Below, in pieces: positions 12,122 to 25,890 of a stretch of DNA of 64,000 nt. Origin of the DNA: Octopus sinensis. Lineage: Eukaryota. The stretch spans positions 18,290,001-18,354,000 of the forward strand of contig NC_042998.1 in NCBI RefSeq assembly GCF_006345805.1. The letters are read 5' to 3'. The notes below the pieces were generated by a model. The model was not told the origin of the DNA. It worked only from the letters and a program-made list of their open reading frames with translations, and ran no database searches. A program made the position numbers and the translations under genes. Positions within the stretch are counted from its first letter, which is position 1, and each line of letters begins with the position of its first letter.

Positions 12122-13378
12122 CTTATCTTCCAGTTGAAAGGGTTACAGAATAAACACAGGTTATAAGAACATAAATCTTCTTCCACGAAAAGATAGCCAC
12201 AATTAGCCTCAACACCTACCTGAAAAACTCTGATGACTGGATGTTAAAACCTGTTTTAAAGGATGAAAACAAGAAAGCATCATACACAGTAACAAAAGAG
12301 GCAAAGTAATATCTAAGTGAATTCCAAGTACAATAAATACAATAATTAGACGTTCTGGAAACAAGCTCAGAAAAAGCTAAGCGTATGAAAACCCATGCTA
12401 AAACGGCTGTCTTAGATATATTTACTGATAAAAGAAGAACCTCTCAATGGCAATTACCCAAAGACAGCTAATAATGCTGATATTGATAAAGCCCTTACTT
12501 GTCAATGCTTAGCGACTTCTGGTTTAAAATCTGAGACAGAAGTATTTATCATAGCAGCCCATCATCAATGCCTACCTACAAGGTACTACCAGGCCAACAG
12601 GTTAAAGAACGGCAGTAGGACAACATGTCGTGTATGTAAACAACGAAGTGAAACCATTGATCATATTGTCTCCATGTGCCGTCTTTTTGCATCTATAGAG
12701 TATCTCAGCAGGCATGATAGAGTAGCACGGTTTATTCACGAAGTAATTTGCAAAAACCTGGAACTGTCCCATGATAAAAACTGGTGGGAACACAAACCAC
12801 CTCCAGTATTTGAAAATGATCACATCTCACTCCTCTGGAACTTCGCCGTTCAAACTGACAGACAGATAGATGCAAATAGACCAGACGTTATATTGAAAGA
12901 CTTCAGACAAAAATCATGCCTCCTTATTGATATAACTGTCCTAATCGAATCGACATAAATGTATTTGTCAAGACCTACCAAACACTGAGCAAGTGTATAG
13001 ATCTTGAAATAGAAATTGACAAAATTTGTAACTTGAAGACTAAAACAATACCTGATGTTATATGTGCCCTTGTAATGATAGCAAAAGGGGATATAGCTCA
13101 GATGCCAGGAAACCCCAAAATGGCGGAAATTGAAAAGATAATGGTCATGGGACCTGCCCATGTCCTACGTAAAATACTGACTATGTAATCTCAAATTTTA
13201 AAGCAAACACATAATTTTCTTATGGATTCTTCAACATTCTCTGGAATAATACTATGTGCAAAACCGAATATATGACACCCTAGACATAACACCAGCATGA
13301 ACTTCTAACTTACTGTCTCTTGAGTTCCCTGGGTGAGACTTGAAGACAAGTTGTATAAATACAACGCAAAAGTCAAAC
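12122..13378 (+). mobile_element. R4/Dong-like non-LTR retrotransposon 3' portion (CCHC finger, RHD, REL endonuclease), degenerate
   Basis: GLKSETE...CRVCKQRSETIDHIVSMC...RHDRVA...LLWNFAVQTDRQIDANRPDVILKD...CLLIDI; ends directly in (TAA)n. Confidence 0.85.
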
Positions 13379-13537
<159 letters not shown>

Positions 13538-13752
13538 TCCTTTTTAGAAAACCTGAATCGTTTGTGGGTAGGCGCTAGTTGATTGTAATTACTCCAATGC
13601 TCAACTGGTACTTATTTAATCAATTACGAATAGAGTATGTAGCTAGTTATGTCCATAGATAAAATCATTGGGGCTACGAATATTATATTACTATCCTGCA
13701 AAGCGCGTAGCATTCATTGCATTGTAAAAGACCTCCGAAATTTAGACCTCAA

Positions 13753-13802
13753 GCCAGACTTTTCGCGACGCCATTAAGACCAGGAACTTTTCAGTACCCT
13801 CT
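13753..13802 (-). mobile_element. Solo terminal fragment of the Tc1/mariner-type MITE at 33307-33489
   Basis: Reverse complement GAGGGTACTGAAAAGTTCCTGGTCTTAATGGCGTCGCGAAAAGTCTGG resembles that MITE's left end. Confidence 0.55.
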
Positions 13803-14355
13803 GATGACGTCAGTTCTGTCCATTGTCGGTTGTTAGCATATTGATGTAACTCTACATTACTGCATGTATGTGCCTTGAACGCTGAAGTAGCATATCCCTT
13901 TGTTGGAATTTTGGTCTACAGCACAATTCTGAAAAACGTAAAGAGAATACATTTTAAAATGTCCAGTAATTCACGTGTTAAGGAACAATATCCTGCACTG
14001 ATCTTTCAATACAAAGATATATAGAATCTGATTTCTCAAAATCAGGCTATATTAAAAATAATCATAGTGTTAGGGAAAAATCCTAATAATCAAATATTTG
14101 TGATCAATGTACCAAACTTACCTACACACACACACAATTCATCTGTAAAAAGTCGATCTTTTCCCGTACGATAAATGATTTCATATTGAGTTTAGTCTTA
14201 AATTTTAGAATCAGTTTATTTTTTAAAGGAACTGGTCTTTTCTCACTTTTAGTATTGAATGGATCATGATTCGCGGTTTTTTGTGACGTTCTGTTAAGTT
14301 TCTGATGAGAACGCTTGTTTTAGAATAACTCAATCCATCTTGATATTAGTAAATA

Positions 14356-14594
14356 TGTTTCTTTATTACCCACAAGGGGCTAAACACAGAGGGGACAAAC
14401 AAGGACAGACAAAGAGATTAAGTCGATTACAGTGAGTAACTGGTACTTAATTTATCGACCCCGAAAGGATGAATGGCAAAGTCGACCTCGGCGGAATTTG
14501 AACTCAGAACGTAACGGCAGAGGAAATACGGCTACGCATTTCGCCCGGCGTGCTAACGGTTCTGCCAGCTCGCCGCTTTTGCCAGCTTGCCGCC
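14356..14594 (-). mobile_element. SINE family E with duplicated 5' tip
   Basis: 15-bp TSD TGATATTAGTAAATA at 14341-14355 and 14595-14609; first ~15 nt of the head present twice. Confidence 0.9.
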
Positions 14595-15826
14595 TGATAT
14601 TAGTAAATAAGCCCCATAACAATCTGGTTCTGAATTTAGCTTCCCAAACAGGAGCAACGCGTTCGATTGTACTTTGTGTGGCAATCAACATTTACAGATT
14701 TGAAAACTCTCAGATCAACAATAGTGAATGAAACTGGTGAATAACCTGCCAGATATTTGAATATTTGTTTTAATTCATGCCAGATAGTTGAATGTTTACA
14801 TAAACGCATGAGACATTTTAGAATTATTCACGAATTATTCAAGAACTGTAAATAAGTATTTGAATAATTCGAAGTAAATCAATATAAAGACTTACCTGAT
14901 CACTGACCTTATTGATTAAAATTTCGGACTATTAATTACAAGTTGTGTGTTAATCTAATAAGAGTTTTAAATATCGAGTCTTTATGTTTTGGGAATGCGA
15001 AGGATTTTAACCAGTTTCCTTTTTTGTACTCATAAAGCATTTATGTGCCTCAAATGCTCTTTGGATACTTCCATGTTAGAAACGGTTTTAATCAAAGAAA
15101 TTTTAATTCTATAATTCTGTAAAATAATATTTAATTAGTTTAAATGTACACAAATGCATAAAAATAAATTTTAATTTCATTGGACATTCTAAAATACTAT
15201 TAAATTTCTTTTAATTTTAAGAAAAAGGTAAAATCGGACAGAACTTATGGGATGACCTGATGTATAAAAATGTTTACTTCAGGGCACACTTATATTTGCT
15301 TGTAATGAAGACAATGCTATTTGTACATTCTACGTATTTCCAAAAGCGTCTCTCCTGTATTAGTTCAGGAGTCTGTCAAATCCTTCTTTATTCATCATTT
15401 TACGCCCATGCATATCATATTTTAATTTTTAGATACTGATGAAGAAAATGTGAGGGAAGGTTGATTAAAGGAAATATATTCAACAATAACTTTAATGATA
15501 CTAAGGAATATCTAGAGATAACGTGTAACTTGTGTACTTTCGTAAGTATATGTGCGAAAAACAAAAAAATTAGTTGAAATTTCACGTGAGAGTTTCAGAG
15601 ACCTGAAATTAGATGAGCATTGGCTGTGCTAGGGAAATTACTTAGAGAGAAACTTGGGAGTCGAAAGCTATCAAAATTGGGCCTAGACACACATCCCTCG
15701 GCTGCAGTAACCGAAATCCCTTAAGAGGGTGAAATCCATGAGTTTATATACCTTGCTTAAAAGTATCGATAATATTTCTTAGGTGCCAAACATAACTAAT
15801 ACACCTGTCAATAATAGTTGGTCATT

Positions 15827-16060
15827 GAAGGCGGCGAGCTGGCAGAATCGTTAGCACACCAGGCGAAATGCTTAGTGATATTTCGTCTGCCGCTACGTTC
15901 TGAGATCAAATTCCGCCGAGGTCAACTTTGCCTTCCATCCTTTCGAGGTCGATTAAATAAGAACCAGTTACGCACTAGAGTCGATATAATCGACTTAATC
16001 CGGTTGTCTGTCTTTGTTTATCCCCTCTGTGTTTAGCCCCATGTGTGCAATAAAGAATTA
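15827..16060 (+). mobile_element. SINE family E, full length
   Basis: 17-bp TSD AATAATAGTTGGTCATT at 15810-15826 and 16061-16077. Confidence 0.9.
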
Positions 16061-16630
16061 AATAATAGTTGGTCATTTAAATGTCATTGGTTATCGTGGT
16101 GCAGATAGCTGTGGTCAATATTTCCAAGCATGATAATGTTAATCGCAAGTGGTTTTAGTCTTAGAACTAAATGTTTCTATGTTCAAATTTGAGGGAACAG
16201 CCTCCCAAAATATCTTGCGATTCTAGAAGTTGGCGAACGTAAGACTTTTCGATCTCACAAAACCTAAATTACAAACAAAGAAGCTAATATGTCTCTGAAT
16301 TGGTCTAACCTGCTTGCATTCCTCATTCATCTTTTTGTCCTTTAGTGATGTTCGTTTATTGCTTCCACTAGCTCAGCGTAGAAAAAAAAAACAATTTCGT
16401 TGGAATGTTGCCAATGGAGATAATAACAAAATGAATAATAAAAGAAGTTTATCCAATTATCGAGCAAAGATAGCCGTGTTACGAAAATTTAAAACTCGTA
16501 GACAAAATAATTTTCGATCGCTGCTAAGGATTGCTGCTTGTCATTACTCACAAACAAGATTATCCAGATTACTGGAATCTTTTTGTCAGATTCACAATAC
16601 AAATACGTTAAACAGATTTTCTATGTAGTT

Positions 16631-17317
16631 ATTACTAATCGAAAATATACGTCATTAGTTTGTTTCCCCGTAGACGTCTAAAATTTCAGATATTGGTCTT
16701 CGTTCGAAATAAATTTCACTTTTAATTTTTATAGCAGTAAATTCTGAAGAAATCGGATCTTTTCGGTTTGAACGGCAGTTTTTCTAGCGGTGTCATATAA
16801 AATTGTCACCCATAATTATGACCCTAGTATCGATCTATTGCATTTCAATCTGTTTCAGGGTTAGGGTTAGAGTTAGGGTCAGTTAGGGTTAGGGTTAGGG
16901 GTGGAGGGAAGGGTACCTTTTTTTTCTTCAGAAATGTAAATAAACCCAATCTGTTTCTTAAACGAGGGACATATTCATACGGCACAGAATATTTCACCTC
17001 AATAGACGTCATTGATTGGTTGAAATTTCAGAAATTGAAGAATATCTGAAATATCTTACAAACTATAGAATTTTCTCAATAAAGCCAAGAGAAAAAGATG
17101 TTTTATAAACACATTCTACCAGTATACGAAGTTTAAAAGTGTTTAGTTACGTGGAAATTATTTTTAAAAACTGCCGGTCAAACTGAAAAGATCCATTACT
17201 AATCGAAAATATACGTTAGTAGTTTGTTTCCCCGTAGACGTCTAAAATTTTAGATGTTGGCCTTCATTCGAAATAATTTTCACTTTTAAATTTTATATCG
17301 GTAAATTCTGAAGAAAT
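16631..17317. repeat. 123-bp direct repeats (16631-16753, 17195-17317) flanking a family F MITE
   Basis: By hand alignment, 10 mismatches in 123 bp and no indels. Confidence 0.9.
16755..17194. mobile_element. MITE family F (440 bp) with TTAGGG cluster
   Basis: TIRs GGATCTTTTCGGTTTGAACGGCAGTTTTT / AAAAACTGCCGGTCAAACTGAAAAGATCC; TTAGGG-like units at 16861-16900. Confidence 0.88.
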
Positions 17318-17785
17318 TTTCTTTTCATTCATTGATCTATTTATTTATTTTCTCTGGGAATCAGTTAATCAGGAAAATGGTGAGTTATAGGCAATTAACG
17401 AACTAATGCTGAGCTATATTTTTAGACTTAATTAGCAGTTTCTCTTCTTCCTAATGTTCTACAGTTTTTGATGTATTGCGTTAAATGATAGTCTAAAAAT
17501 CAATGATGGAATAAAAAAAGAAAATACATAGCATCGTTCATGTCAGCACTGATTCATTTTCGTTGAGTCTCCTTCGTTAAAACGCAGAAATTTATACTGG
17601 GGCCGCAATCACTAACACACGCGCTCACCTACTCACGCTAACACAATACAAACAAAAATACAAACAGAAAAATACAAACCCAGAAACACACGTGTGTATG
17701 TAATATAAATATATATACACAGAGACGATAAACACATACCTACTTAAATAGTACATCCATACATCCATACATACATACACACACA

Positions 17786-17826
<41 letters not shown>

Positions 17827-18339
17827 TCTTTCTAGACTCTTCCTCACAGTAGCCTCACACAAATATATATAGAGTTGCAAAGGGAGGAAGAGGGAAAGAA
17901 AGAGAGAGTGTGTCGTAGGAAGAGACAATTTGGAAGTTAATGTGTGGCTCGTTGAATTTATTTCTAGATTGATCTGATGCAAGTGGTATTCCGTATGTCT
18001 ATTTTATTGTATGTCTATGCATTATTGTAGGTTATCTTCTTCAACGCTGATGAAGAGAACCTATGATCGACGCATTCCGGCTCTGATCAACTCATTCCCG
18101 TTTTAGGTATTCACTACGCTTCATTGCTTTAACAGGGCATCATTCTTAATGTTTAGGATAGTAGATTGTAATTTAACGCTGATGGGGCGCTTTCGTACTG
18201 TTCGACTAATTCAATAGACGTTTTGCTGAACCTAAGATCACTTCACCTATAGCTTTTCTTAGGCTGACTAGGATTAAAATTAGTCAATGTGTCTTCCTTT
18301 CTTCAAAACGTTAGGTGTTATTTTAGGGTAGTTTGGTTG

Positions 18340-18620
18340 CTACATGTAGTACATTCAGCGACTATGAAGAGGTTGCTTCACATACCTCTCATAGATACAA
18401 AAGCAGCGATGTCTTTAAGTGCGCTTATTTTATTAATGCATTATCCTTTTATATTTCTATGTTCTTTTGCATAATGTACTACAAAATTCCAGTGTTTGCC
18501 AGACATCATATTAGGAAATTTACGTAATATAAACGAAAACGAATGCCGGTGACTCATTACCGTAATGTCAGAGTAGTTAATGAGTGGAATTTGCCACAAG
18601 GCATAATTTCCATTGATACA
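18340..18620 (+). mobile_element. Possible highly decayed CR1/L2-type LINE 3' end
   Basis: NVRVVNEWNLPQGIIS resembles the CR1/L2 C-terminal RVVNxWNxLP motif; weak upstream YEE similarity. Confidence 0.3.
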
Positions 18621-18924
18621 TATATTGTTAATTTGTTTGGCTACAAATCTACTCATTAGATATATAAATCAGATTTATGATTACAAGAAGCGTATATTAC
18701 GCGACATCATATCAAAAGCGGATCCATTGAATAATTTAGATTTCGCTCCTTGAATATTAATCCGTGTCCTCTAGGCTACTTTGATTTCATCATTGCTACC
18801 TAGAACACTGATTTAACCCTTTCTTTAAGAATGCAGTCCACCAATTCCATGTAGAACACTAGCATGAACTTCCAAACGGAAAATTACTTTCAATCACATT
18901 ATACAACAGAATAGGATATTTTGG

Positions 18925-19345
18925 GGAACTTTTCGGTTTGACCGGCAGTTTTTTAAAATAACTTCCACGTAACTAAACACATTTAAACTTCGTATACTGG
19001 TAGAATGTGTTTATAAAACATGTTTTTCTCTTGGCTTTATTGAGAAAATTCTATAGTTTGTAAGATATTTGTTGTTTTTTCTTCAATTTCTGCAATTTCA
19101 ACCAATCAGTGACGTCTATTGAGTTAAAAAGCAGTCTGTGCCGTATGAATATGTCCCTCGTTTAAGAAACAGATTGAGTTTATTTACATTTCTGAAGAAA
19201 AAAGATACCCTTCCCCCCACCCCTAACCCTAACTCTAACCCTAAAACAGATTGAAATGCAATAGATCGGTTCTAGGGCCATAGTTATGGGTGACAATTTC
19301 ATATGACACCGCTAGAAAAAACTGCCGTTAAAACCGAAAAGATCC
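18925..19345. mobile_element. MITE family F, inverted relative to 16755-17194
   Basis: Same TIRs; 8-bp TSD TATTTTGG at 18917-18924 and 19346-19353; CCCTAA units at ~19221-19243. Confidence 0.88.
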
Positions 19346-19863
19346 TATTTTGGGTTAAGAAATTGGCCAGGCTTTTGAAATTAAAACATATGAAAATACA
19401 CATCTAATTAATAAATTTAGATTTTAGATTTTCATTTACTAAAAACTTATTGGTACCTTTCTTTCGTTGTTACATAGTTTATTTTACTCACTTTATTTAG
19501 TATTTACCCTTCTATTTATTTGTCAGTCCGCACCTAGTTTGTTATTTTCTGAATATTAATACGAGTAGCAGTATCTGTCTAGAAGCCACGTTACTGGAAA
19601 TGAAATAAATGGCTGTTCGGTAATTTTGTATGTCTATAGGTTTGAAATAATCATTTCTATGAACTTAATACTATTTTGTTGAAAAGGAAAATTCTTATTT
19701 ATCCATTAAAAATATCTTTCCTCAAAATCCTTCAGGTGAACATCTTAGAAATAACACATATCTAATATATGGTTCATAAGCATTTTCGAGGTAGCAAAGC
19801 CTGAATGGTTAACCCTAGTTTCAGCAATTTCAAAAACACTTTGTGTTACTCATAATATTCTCA

Positions 19864-20017
19864 AGGCGTAGGAGTGCATATGTGGAAAGTAGCTTGCTTA
19901 CCAACCACATGGTTCCGGGTTCAGTCCCACTACGTGGCACTTTGGGAAAGTGTCTACTACTATGGACTTGTGAGTGGATTTGGTAGACGGAAACTGAAAG
20001 AAACTCGTCGTATTTTT

Positions 20018-20078
<61 letters not shown>

Positions 20079-20521
20079 GTGTGTGTGTGTACCGTTGTGT
20101 GTGTACTGTTGGCGATTTTTTTCCTCTCTCTTCCCTTCTCTGGATCTTTCCTTCTCCTATGTTTCCGAAGAAGAGCTCCGCTCCAAACGTTAGACCCTCC
20201 TTCTTTCCTTCTTTTCTGAGCGTCCAATAATACTATATTTGCTCTACATCCTCGCGTTGTTGTGTTTTTTTTGTGCTTTCTTGTTTGGAATAACTTTATA
20301 TATATATGTAAATAATTGTAAGTTTTTCCCCACCAACATCACTTGAAAACCGATGCTGGTGTGTTTACGTCTCCGTCACCTAGCAGTTCGGCAAAGGATA
20401 CCGATAGAATAAGTACTAGGCTTACAAAGAATAAATCCTGGGGTCGATTTGCTCGACTAAAGGCAGTGCTCCAGCATGACACAGTCAAGTGCCTGAAACA
20501 AGTAAAAGAGTAAAAGAGTAA
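19864..20521 (+). mobile_element. SINE family C interrupted by a family D insertion in its internal microsatellite
   Basis: Head 19864-~20020, body resumes ~20324, tail (GTAAAAGA)n to 20521. Confidence 0.85.
20101..20296 (+). mobile_element. Family D repeat with degenerate HHR-like motif at 20161-20195
   Basis: GTTT-CCGAAGA-A-GAGC(TCC)GCTC-CAAAC-GTT-AGAC; stems pair but the core has U4C and G12C changes. Confidence 0.6.
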
Positions 20522-20696
20522 CAGATTAAGACAATAGTCAATCAATATTTTTACATATTCCCGCTTGCCTTCTTGTAATTCTTTCTAAAAGTATTGCATT
20601 TAATACTAATAAAACGTATTTTACATGATGTTCTCCGGTACAAGCCACTAAAAGGATTTTCAAGCATGTATTTGAGGCGCCTCTATTTTTGCTATT

Positions 20697-21035
20697 TTGT
20701 AGACCCCCTTCGGTCATGAATGACCATGGGATTGCACCTAGAAAGTTACCCTCCTAGACACAAGTCCGGGCACGGTTGTTTATGGAAGACCAGCAGTCGC
20801 CCATGCATACCAGCCTCCCCTCTCCACGCCACCAGTGTTATCCAAGGGAAAGACAAAGGTCGATACAGCTTGGCACCAGTGACGTCGCAACTCATTTCTA
20901 CAGCTGAGTGAACTGGAGCAACGTGAAATAAAGTGCCTTGCTCGAGAACACAACACGCAGCCCGGTCCGGGATTCGAGCTCACAACCTCACGATCGTAAG
21001 CTCGACGCTCTAACCACTGAGCCATGCGCCTTCAC
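20697..21035 (-). mobile_element. tRNA-derived SINE family B (CORE-like middle)
   Basis: A box TGGCTCAGTGG, B box-like GCTCGAATCC; 12-bp TSD ATTTTTGCTATT at 20685-20696 and 21036-21047. Confidence 0.88.
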
Positions 21036-21619
21036 ATTTTTGCTATTATATCAAATGTATATAATTTGGTAAAATAATTTTCACTTTTGACTGATTCATG
21101 TTCGGAGTAATATTTCTGCAAACAAGGTTGTCTATCTTTACCAACAGACAACGGATATTTTGTTTTCTGATGAAATTCCAATTTAACTATTCTTCAGAGT
21201 ATTATTTGTTAGAATTTTATTACCCTCAATAGAAGCTGGCCAACTGCCATAACATTTGCAGCGTAACAAAAAGAATTCATATTAATTTTTTGGACGTAGT
21301 ACAACTAGCCATTTCCAATTTTTTTTTTTTCATTTTATATTACTACCACCCTGAATTAAAAGAAAAACAGACATGATGTAAATACTCTGCTTATAACAGG
21401 AGACTGAAGGTAGCTAAGTTTCTTAAAGTCACACCACAGAATCACATCCTTTTTCTGTTCTAACGTTCATTGAAGTTTGAGGTCATCCTAGAATTATCCA
21501 TACTTGATGTTACTGGAAACTGGGAAAAACAACGATCAATGATACATGTTCATGGATGATGAGAAGGAAAATAGACTAAGTTTATGCTTGTTTGAAATAA
21601 AAGATGCATATTTTTATAT

Positions 21620-22020
21620 CAGGAGTGGCTGTGTGGTAAGTAGCTTGTTTACCAACCACATGGTTCCGGGTTCAGTCCCACTGCGTGGCATCTTGGGCAA
21701 GTGTCTTCTGCTATAGCCCCGGGCCGACCAAAGCCTTGTGAGTGGATTTGGTAGACGGAAACTGAAAGAAGCCTGTCGTATATATGTATATATATGTATA
21801 TATGTGTACGTGTGTGTGTGTATTTGTCCCCCTAGCATTGCTTGACAACCGATGCTGGTGTGTTTACGTCTCCGTCACTTAGCGGTTCGGCAAAAGAGAC
21901 CGATAGAATAAGTACTTGGCTTACAAAGAATAAGTCCCAGGGTCTATTTGCTCGACTAAAGGCGGTGCTCCAGCATGGCCGCAGTCAAATGACTGAAACA
22001 AGTAAAAGAGTAAAAGAGTA
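21620..22020 (+). mobile_element. SINE family C, near full length
   Basis: CAGGAGTGGCTGTGTGGTAAG head, internal TA/GT tract, (GTAAAAGA)n tail. Confidence 0.9.
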
Positions 22021-22408
22021 TCCATGGAAAATGAAACATGTTCAGGACCACAAAATGTTTCGTATGGAATAGTGTTGCTACACACCTGGGCCACATTTTG
22101 CAGCACGTTTCTAGACTATATACAAAGTTCTTATTGATTATTCTTCCATTTCGACAAATAGAGCACCCTGCAGCCGTTCCTCGTTTCCAAGCCCTTATTC
22201 TGCATTTATTCTTCTATCCTACCTTTATACGTCACAATTTTCTCCCCCACTCCCTGTACTTCCAAATTATTCGGTGCCATTAAATTACAGCTCTCAGCCA
22301 ATCAGTGCTCACATATACAACTATCAAACATGTCACTCAAACTACTAAACGTTGCACTCAAATCTCAAAACGCACTCCGTTCTCTTTAGAATACCGTATA
22401 AATTATAC

Positions 22409-22789
22409 AGTGGAGGCGCAATGGCCCAGTGGTTAGGGCAGCGGACTCGCGGTCGTAGGATCGCAGTTTCGATTCCCAGATCGGGCGTTGTGAGTGCTTA
22501 TTGAGCGAAAACACCTAAAGCTCCACGGGGCTCCAGCAGGGATGGTGGTGATCCCTGCTGTACTCTTTCACCACACTTTCTCTCACTCTTACTTCCTGTT
22601 TCTGTTGTACCTGTATTTCAAAGGGCCGGCATTGTCACTCTCTGAGTCACGCTGAATATCCCCGAGAACTACGTTAAGGGTACACGTGTCTGTGGAGTGC
22701 TCAGCCACTTACACGTTAATTTCACGAGCAGGCTGTTCCGTTGATCGGATCAACCGGAACCCTCATCGTCGTAACCGACGGAGTGCTTC
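22409..22789 (+). mobile_element. SINE family A, full length
   Basis: TSD ATAAATTATAC(AGT) at 22398-22411 and 22793-22806; matches 2739-3113. Confidence 0.9.
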
Positions 22790-23090
22790 TTCATAAATTA
22801 TACAGTAAATATAGGAGTGACGGCATTTGAAAACTTCACGGGATGCTCTTGGCTGGTCTTTGGCTGCAATGAGTCTATTTGGTATTGAGCAATACAATAA
22901 AACACCGTCCAACTTGCTTACAGATATCTTATCTAACTGGAAATTTAAAACAATTTTTCGCTCGGCAATCGTACTTTGAGCTCGTGGAAAAGACGTACTA
23001 TTGAGAGCAGTCGCCAAACAGTGTTAATGCATACAAATTAAAGAAATTCCGAGATTGATGTTTGTAAGTGTAACAATATAGTATTTTTTT

Positions 23091-23319
23091 ATTTCTTTAT
23101 TGCCCACAGGGAGCTAAATATAGAGGGGACAAGCAAGGACAGACAAAGGGATTAAGTCGATTACATCAAACTCAATAAGTAACTGATACTTATTTAATCG
23201 ACTCCGAAAGGATAAAAGGTAAAGTCGACCTCGGGGAATTTGAACTCAGAACGTAACTGCAGAACAAATTTTGCGAAACACTTCGCCTGGCGTGTTAACG
23301 ATTCTGCCAGCTCGCCACC
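23091..23319 (-). mobile_element. SINE family E
   Basis: Head GGCGAGCTGGCAGAATCGTTAAC, B box GTTCAAATTCC and family E tail. Confidence 0.85.
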
Positions 23320-23895
23320 CTTTAGGAACTAGATACTTACATAAGCATTAATTCACTTCAAGTATTCCCCACAAAAAATTAACCTCTAATGATAAATATT
23401 CTGCTAACACAAACACCGTTAAGACATTTCAAATGTTTACCATTTAATATCAAAGAAATACACAGGAGTTGCTTACGTGTTTTCCTTTAAATGGCATGGA
23501 ATGATTTTGCAACACGAATTCTTGCAGCACAAAACCAGGTCGCGGTTTCAAAGCGATGAAAATATTTTGACACAAACTGAATTTAAATGCTGAAGTGAAT
23601 CTAAAGGTTTTAGTGTGTTTTTTTAATGGATTATAAACACCTTCCATGCTGCAATGGCTTTTGTTTCAGCACATGATCTTAGATCAAGTCACATGCTATG
23701 CAAGTACATCTCTGAAAATGATCTTATATTATTCATAAATGTTAAAAAAGAAGGATTTCAACACACGTGTATTATATTTTTCACTTTTTTGCTTGATCTC
23801 AAAACGCTGTAGTTTGTAAAATGAAAAGTACTAATTTATAATACATGGTGAGCGCTATGTTACGATATGGACATTTATTTTCACGTGTTTGATAT

Positions 23896-24034
23896 AGCAC
23901 TCCGTTGGTTACAACGACAAGCTTCCCAGCTGATACGATCATCGGAACAGCTTGCTCGTGAAATTAACGCGCAAGTGGCAGAGCACTCCACAGACACGTG
24001 CACCCTTATCATAGTTCTCAGGGAGATTCAGCAT
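23896..24034 (-). mobile_element. SINE family A 3' fragment
   Basis: AGCACTCCG...GCTCGTGAAATTAACG...CAGACACGTG matches the family A tail. Confidence 0.75.
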
Positions 24035-24999
24035 GGTAGACACTTGTGAACTGCAGATGGTATGCATTGCCGTGTGTAAGGTCTTCTCTGTTCTAATTCA
24101 CTCAAATGTTTTCTCTTCTAACTGCAGCTCCATATATCACCAACATCATCTGCAGCTTTCTTTGTAGTCGTATATCATCATCATTATCAATATCGTCAAC
24201 ATCATGAATATTACCACGCTTGAACAACTTGATACGGGGAATATGTTAGACATTACTTACACCTATGGTAATTTAATCTCTACGCGTTGGTCTGTGTTCC
24301 AGTACTCTACACTAACAGGTTACAAGTATATTTACAAGTTTATTTACTTATATTTGCACCCAACAATACTTCAACACGTACGGTGGTGTTTCTCTACGTG
24401 ACTTCGGTTTTAATAGAAGAGCGAAATCCATCCTACAATGTTATCTGTATTTGCTTCAATATGAGTGCAGATACATCACCAAATAATGTAATTTATCTTT
24501 GGCTTCATGTGAAAATACTACGTAAATAGCTCGGTTGAAGAGCTTTAGAAACAGCGAAACGCTTTTAAGATGTCATTGCATCACGATAATTAGAAGATAC
24601 ACCCAGCGTTGCCCATTTATATTTCGAATTAATTTTCACTAATTTAAATATTAAGTTCACTTACATACCTTCTTGAGCAGAATAAATAATTAAGCTAATT
24701 ACTCTTTATTGCCATCTTGGATTTTATTTTAATTAATAATTATTTCCAGCCTCAGTGCATTAAGCTTGATAGCATCATATTTGGTGCTCACGTGGAGTGC
24801 ATTCCAATGCATTGTTTGATAAACTTTTGTTCAGTAGATTTCTTTATTCAAGGAATCTAATTAAAACAACGTTCACACACATACACATACACACACACAC
24901 ACACAAACGTGTATCACTGCTGATGCAATGAAGTATAGATGGTGGCTTTGGATGATGTCGACCGACAACTGGTTTGCTGCAAAGTGGGTGCTGGCAATT

Positions 25000-25163
25000 C
25001 ATTAGTTAAAATTCGAAGAATTAAACTACGTTAAACTTACAAATTACAATTTTCTCAAAAAAGCCAAGTGAAATAATGTTTTCTTTTGACACATTCTACC
25101 AGTATACGAAGTTTCAAATTGTCTAGTTAACTAGAAATTCCGTCCATCAAAAGGAAAAGATCC
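25000..25163. mobile_element. Family F solo arm
   Basis: ACACATTCTACCAGTATACGAAGTTT...AAAAGGAAAAGATCC matches the right arm of 1197-1831. Confidence 0.8.
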
Positions 25164-25752
25164 CATGCTAGTGCTTGATCGACCTTAGCCTTTTCAACTG
25201 GGTGAGTGGTTCGGATGCTTAAAGCCTCGAAAACATCCGGGGTCGCACATACCTTACTGATTATGCATTGCAGAGAATCTGCAAGATACATATTAAAAGT
25301 ATATACCCATATATATTTATAGGTATATTTGGACACATGTATGCCTATCTTTATATATACATAAGTATGTTTTTGAGAGTGTGTCTATATTTTAAAAAAT
25401 TGATCATACTTTGAATTGAAAATTAAGGGTTATCTACAAGGCATGAATGTCACAACATATGTTCACCCTTCTCTGCAAAATATGAAATATTTTGCTTGAT
25501 TAGTGAGTCTCACATCTCGTATCATAACTCGTAATGTGCCAATCCAAGAAAGTAAAGAATAAAATTATTGTACATGGAGAAGGTCGTGATGTCTGGTCGT
25601 TGAACATTTATGCTCCTGGTATAATCATGCATAAAGAGCCAGGATGCGAGGACTTACATGGTACCACAACTAAGCGTCTCTCAAATATCTTACCCAAATT
25701 ATGTCAGTTATTTAAACTGACTGTAATGCTCAATAACTCTAAAACATAAAGT

Positions 25753-25890
25753 AACAACGTAAAGTATACTAGCCATCTCAATATGGCTAACCACTAAGGG
25801 TGGGTGTTACTGTAGCTTTTAGCCCCAGGAGATCATCGTCTCCAGCTGGCTTTAGACACACTTTCTGTGCCCTTATGGTATTACTTCAAA
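25753..25890 (+). mobile_element. Family X fragment (no HHR retained)
   Basis: TAGCCATCTCAATATGGCTAACCACTAAGGGT...TAGCCCCAGGAGATCATCGTCTCCAGCTGG, homologous to 27400-27520 and 61928-62071. Confidence 0.8.

Noticed and set aside
21842-22072. Recurrent 'MTTDAGVFTSPSL...' and 'MLGGQTQTH...RLPNPLTR' ORFs (also 44281, 60183, 63498)
   Set aside because: Chance frames inside SINE family C copies.
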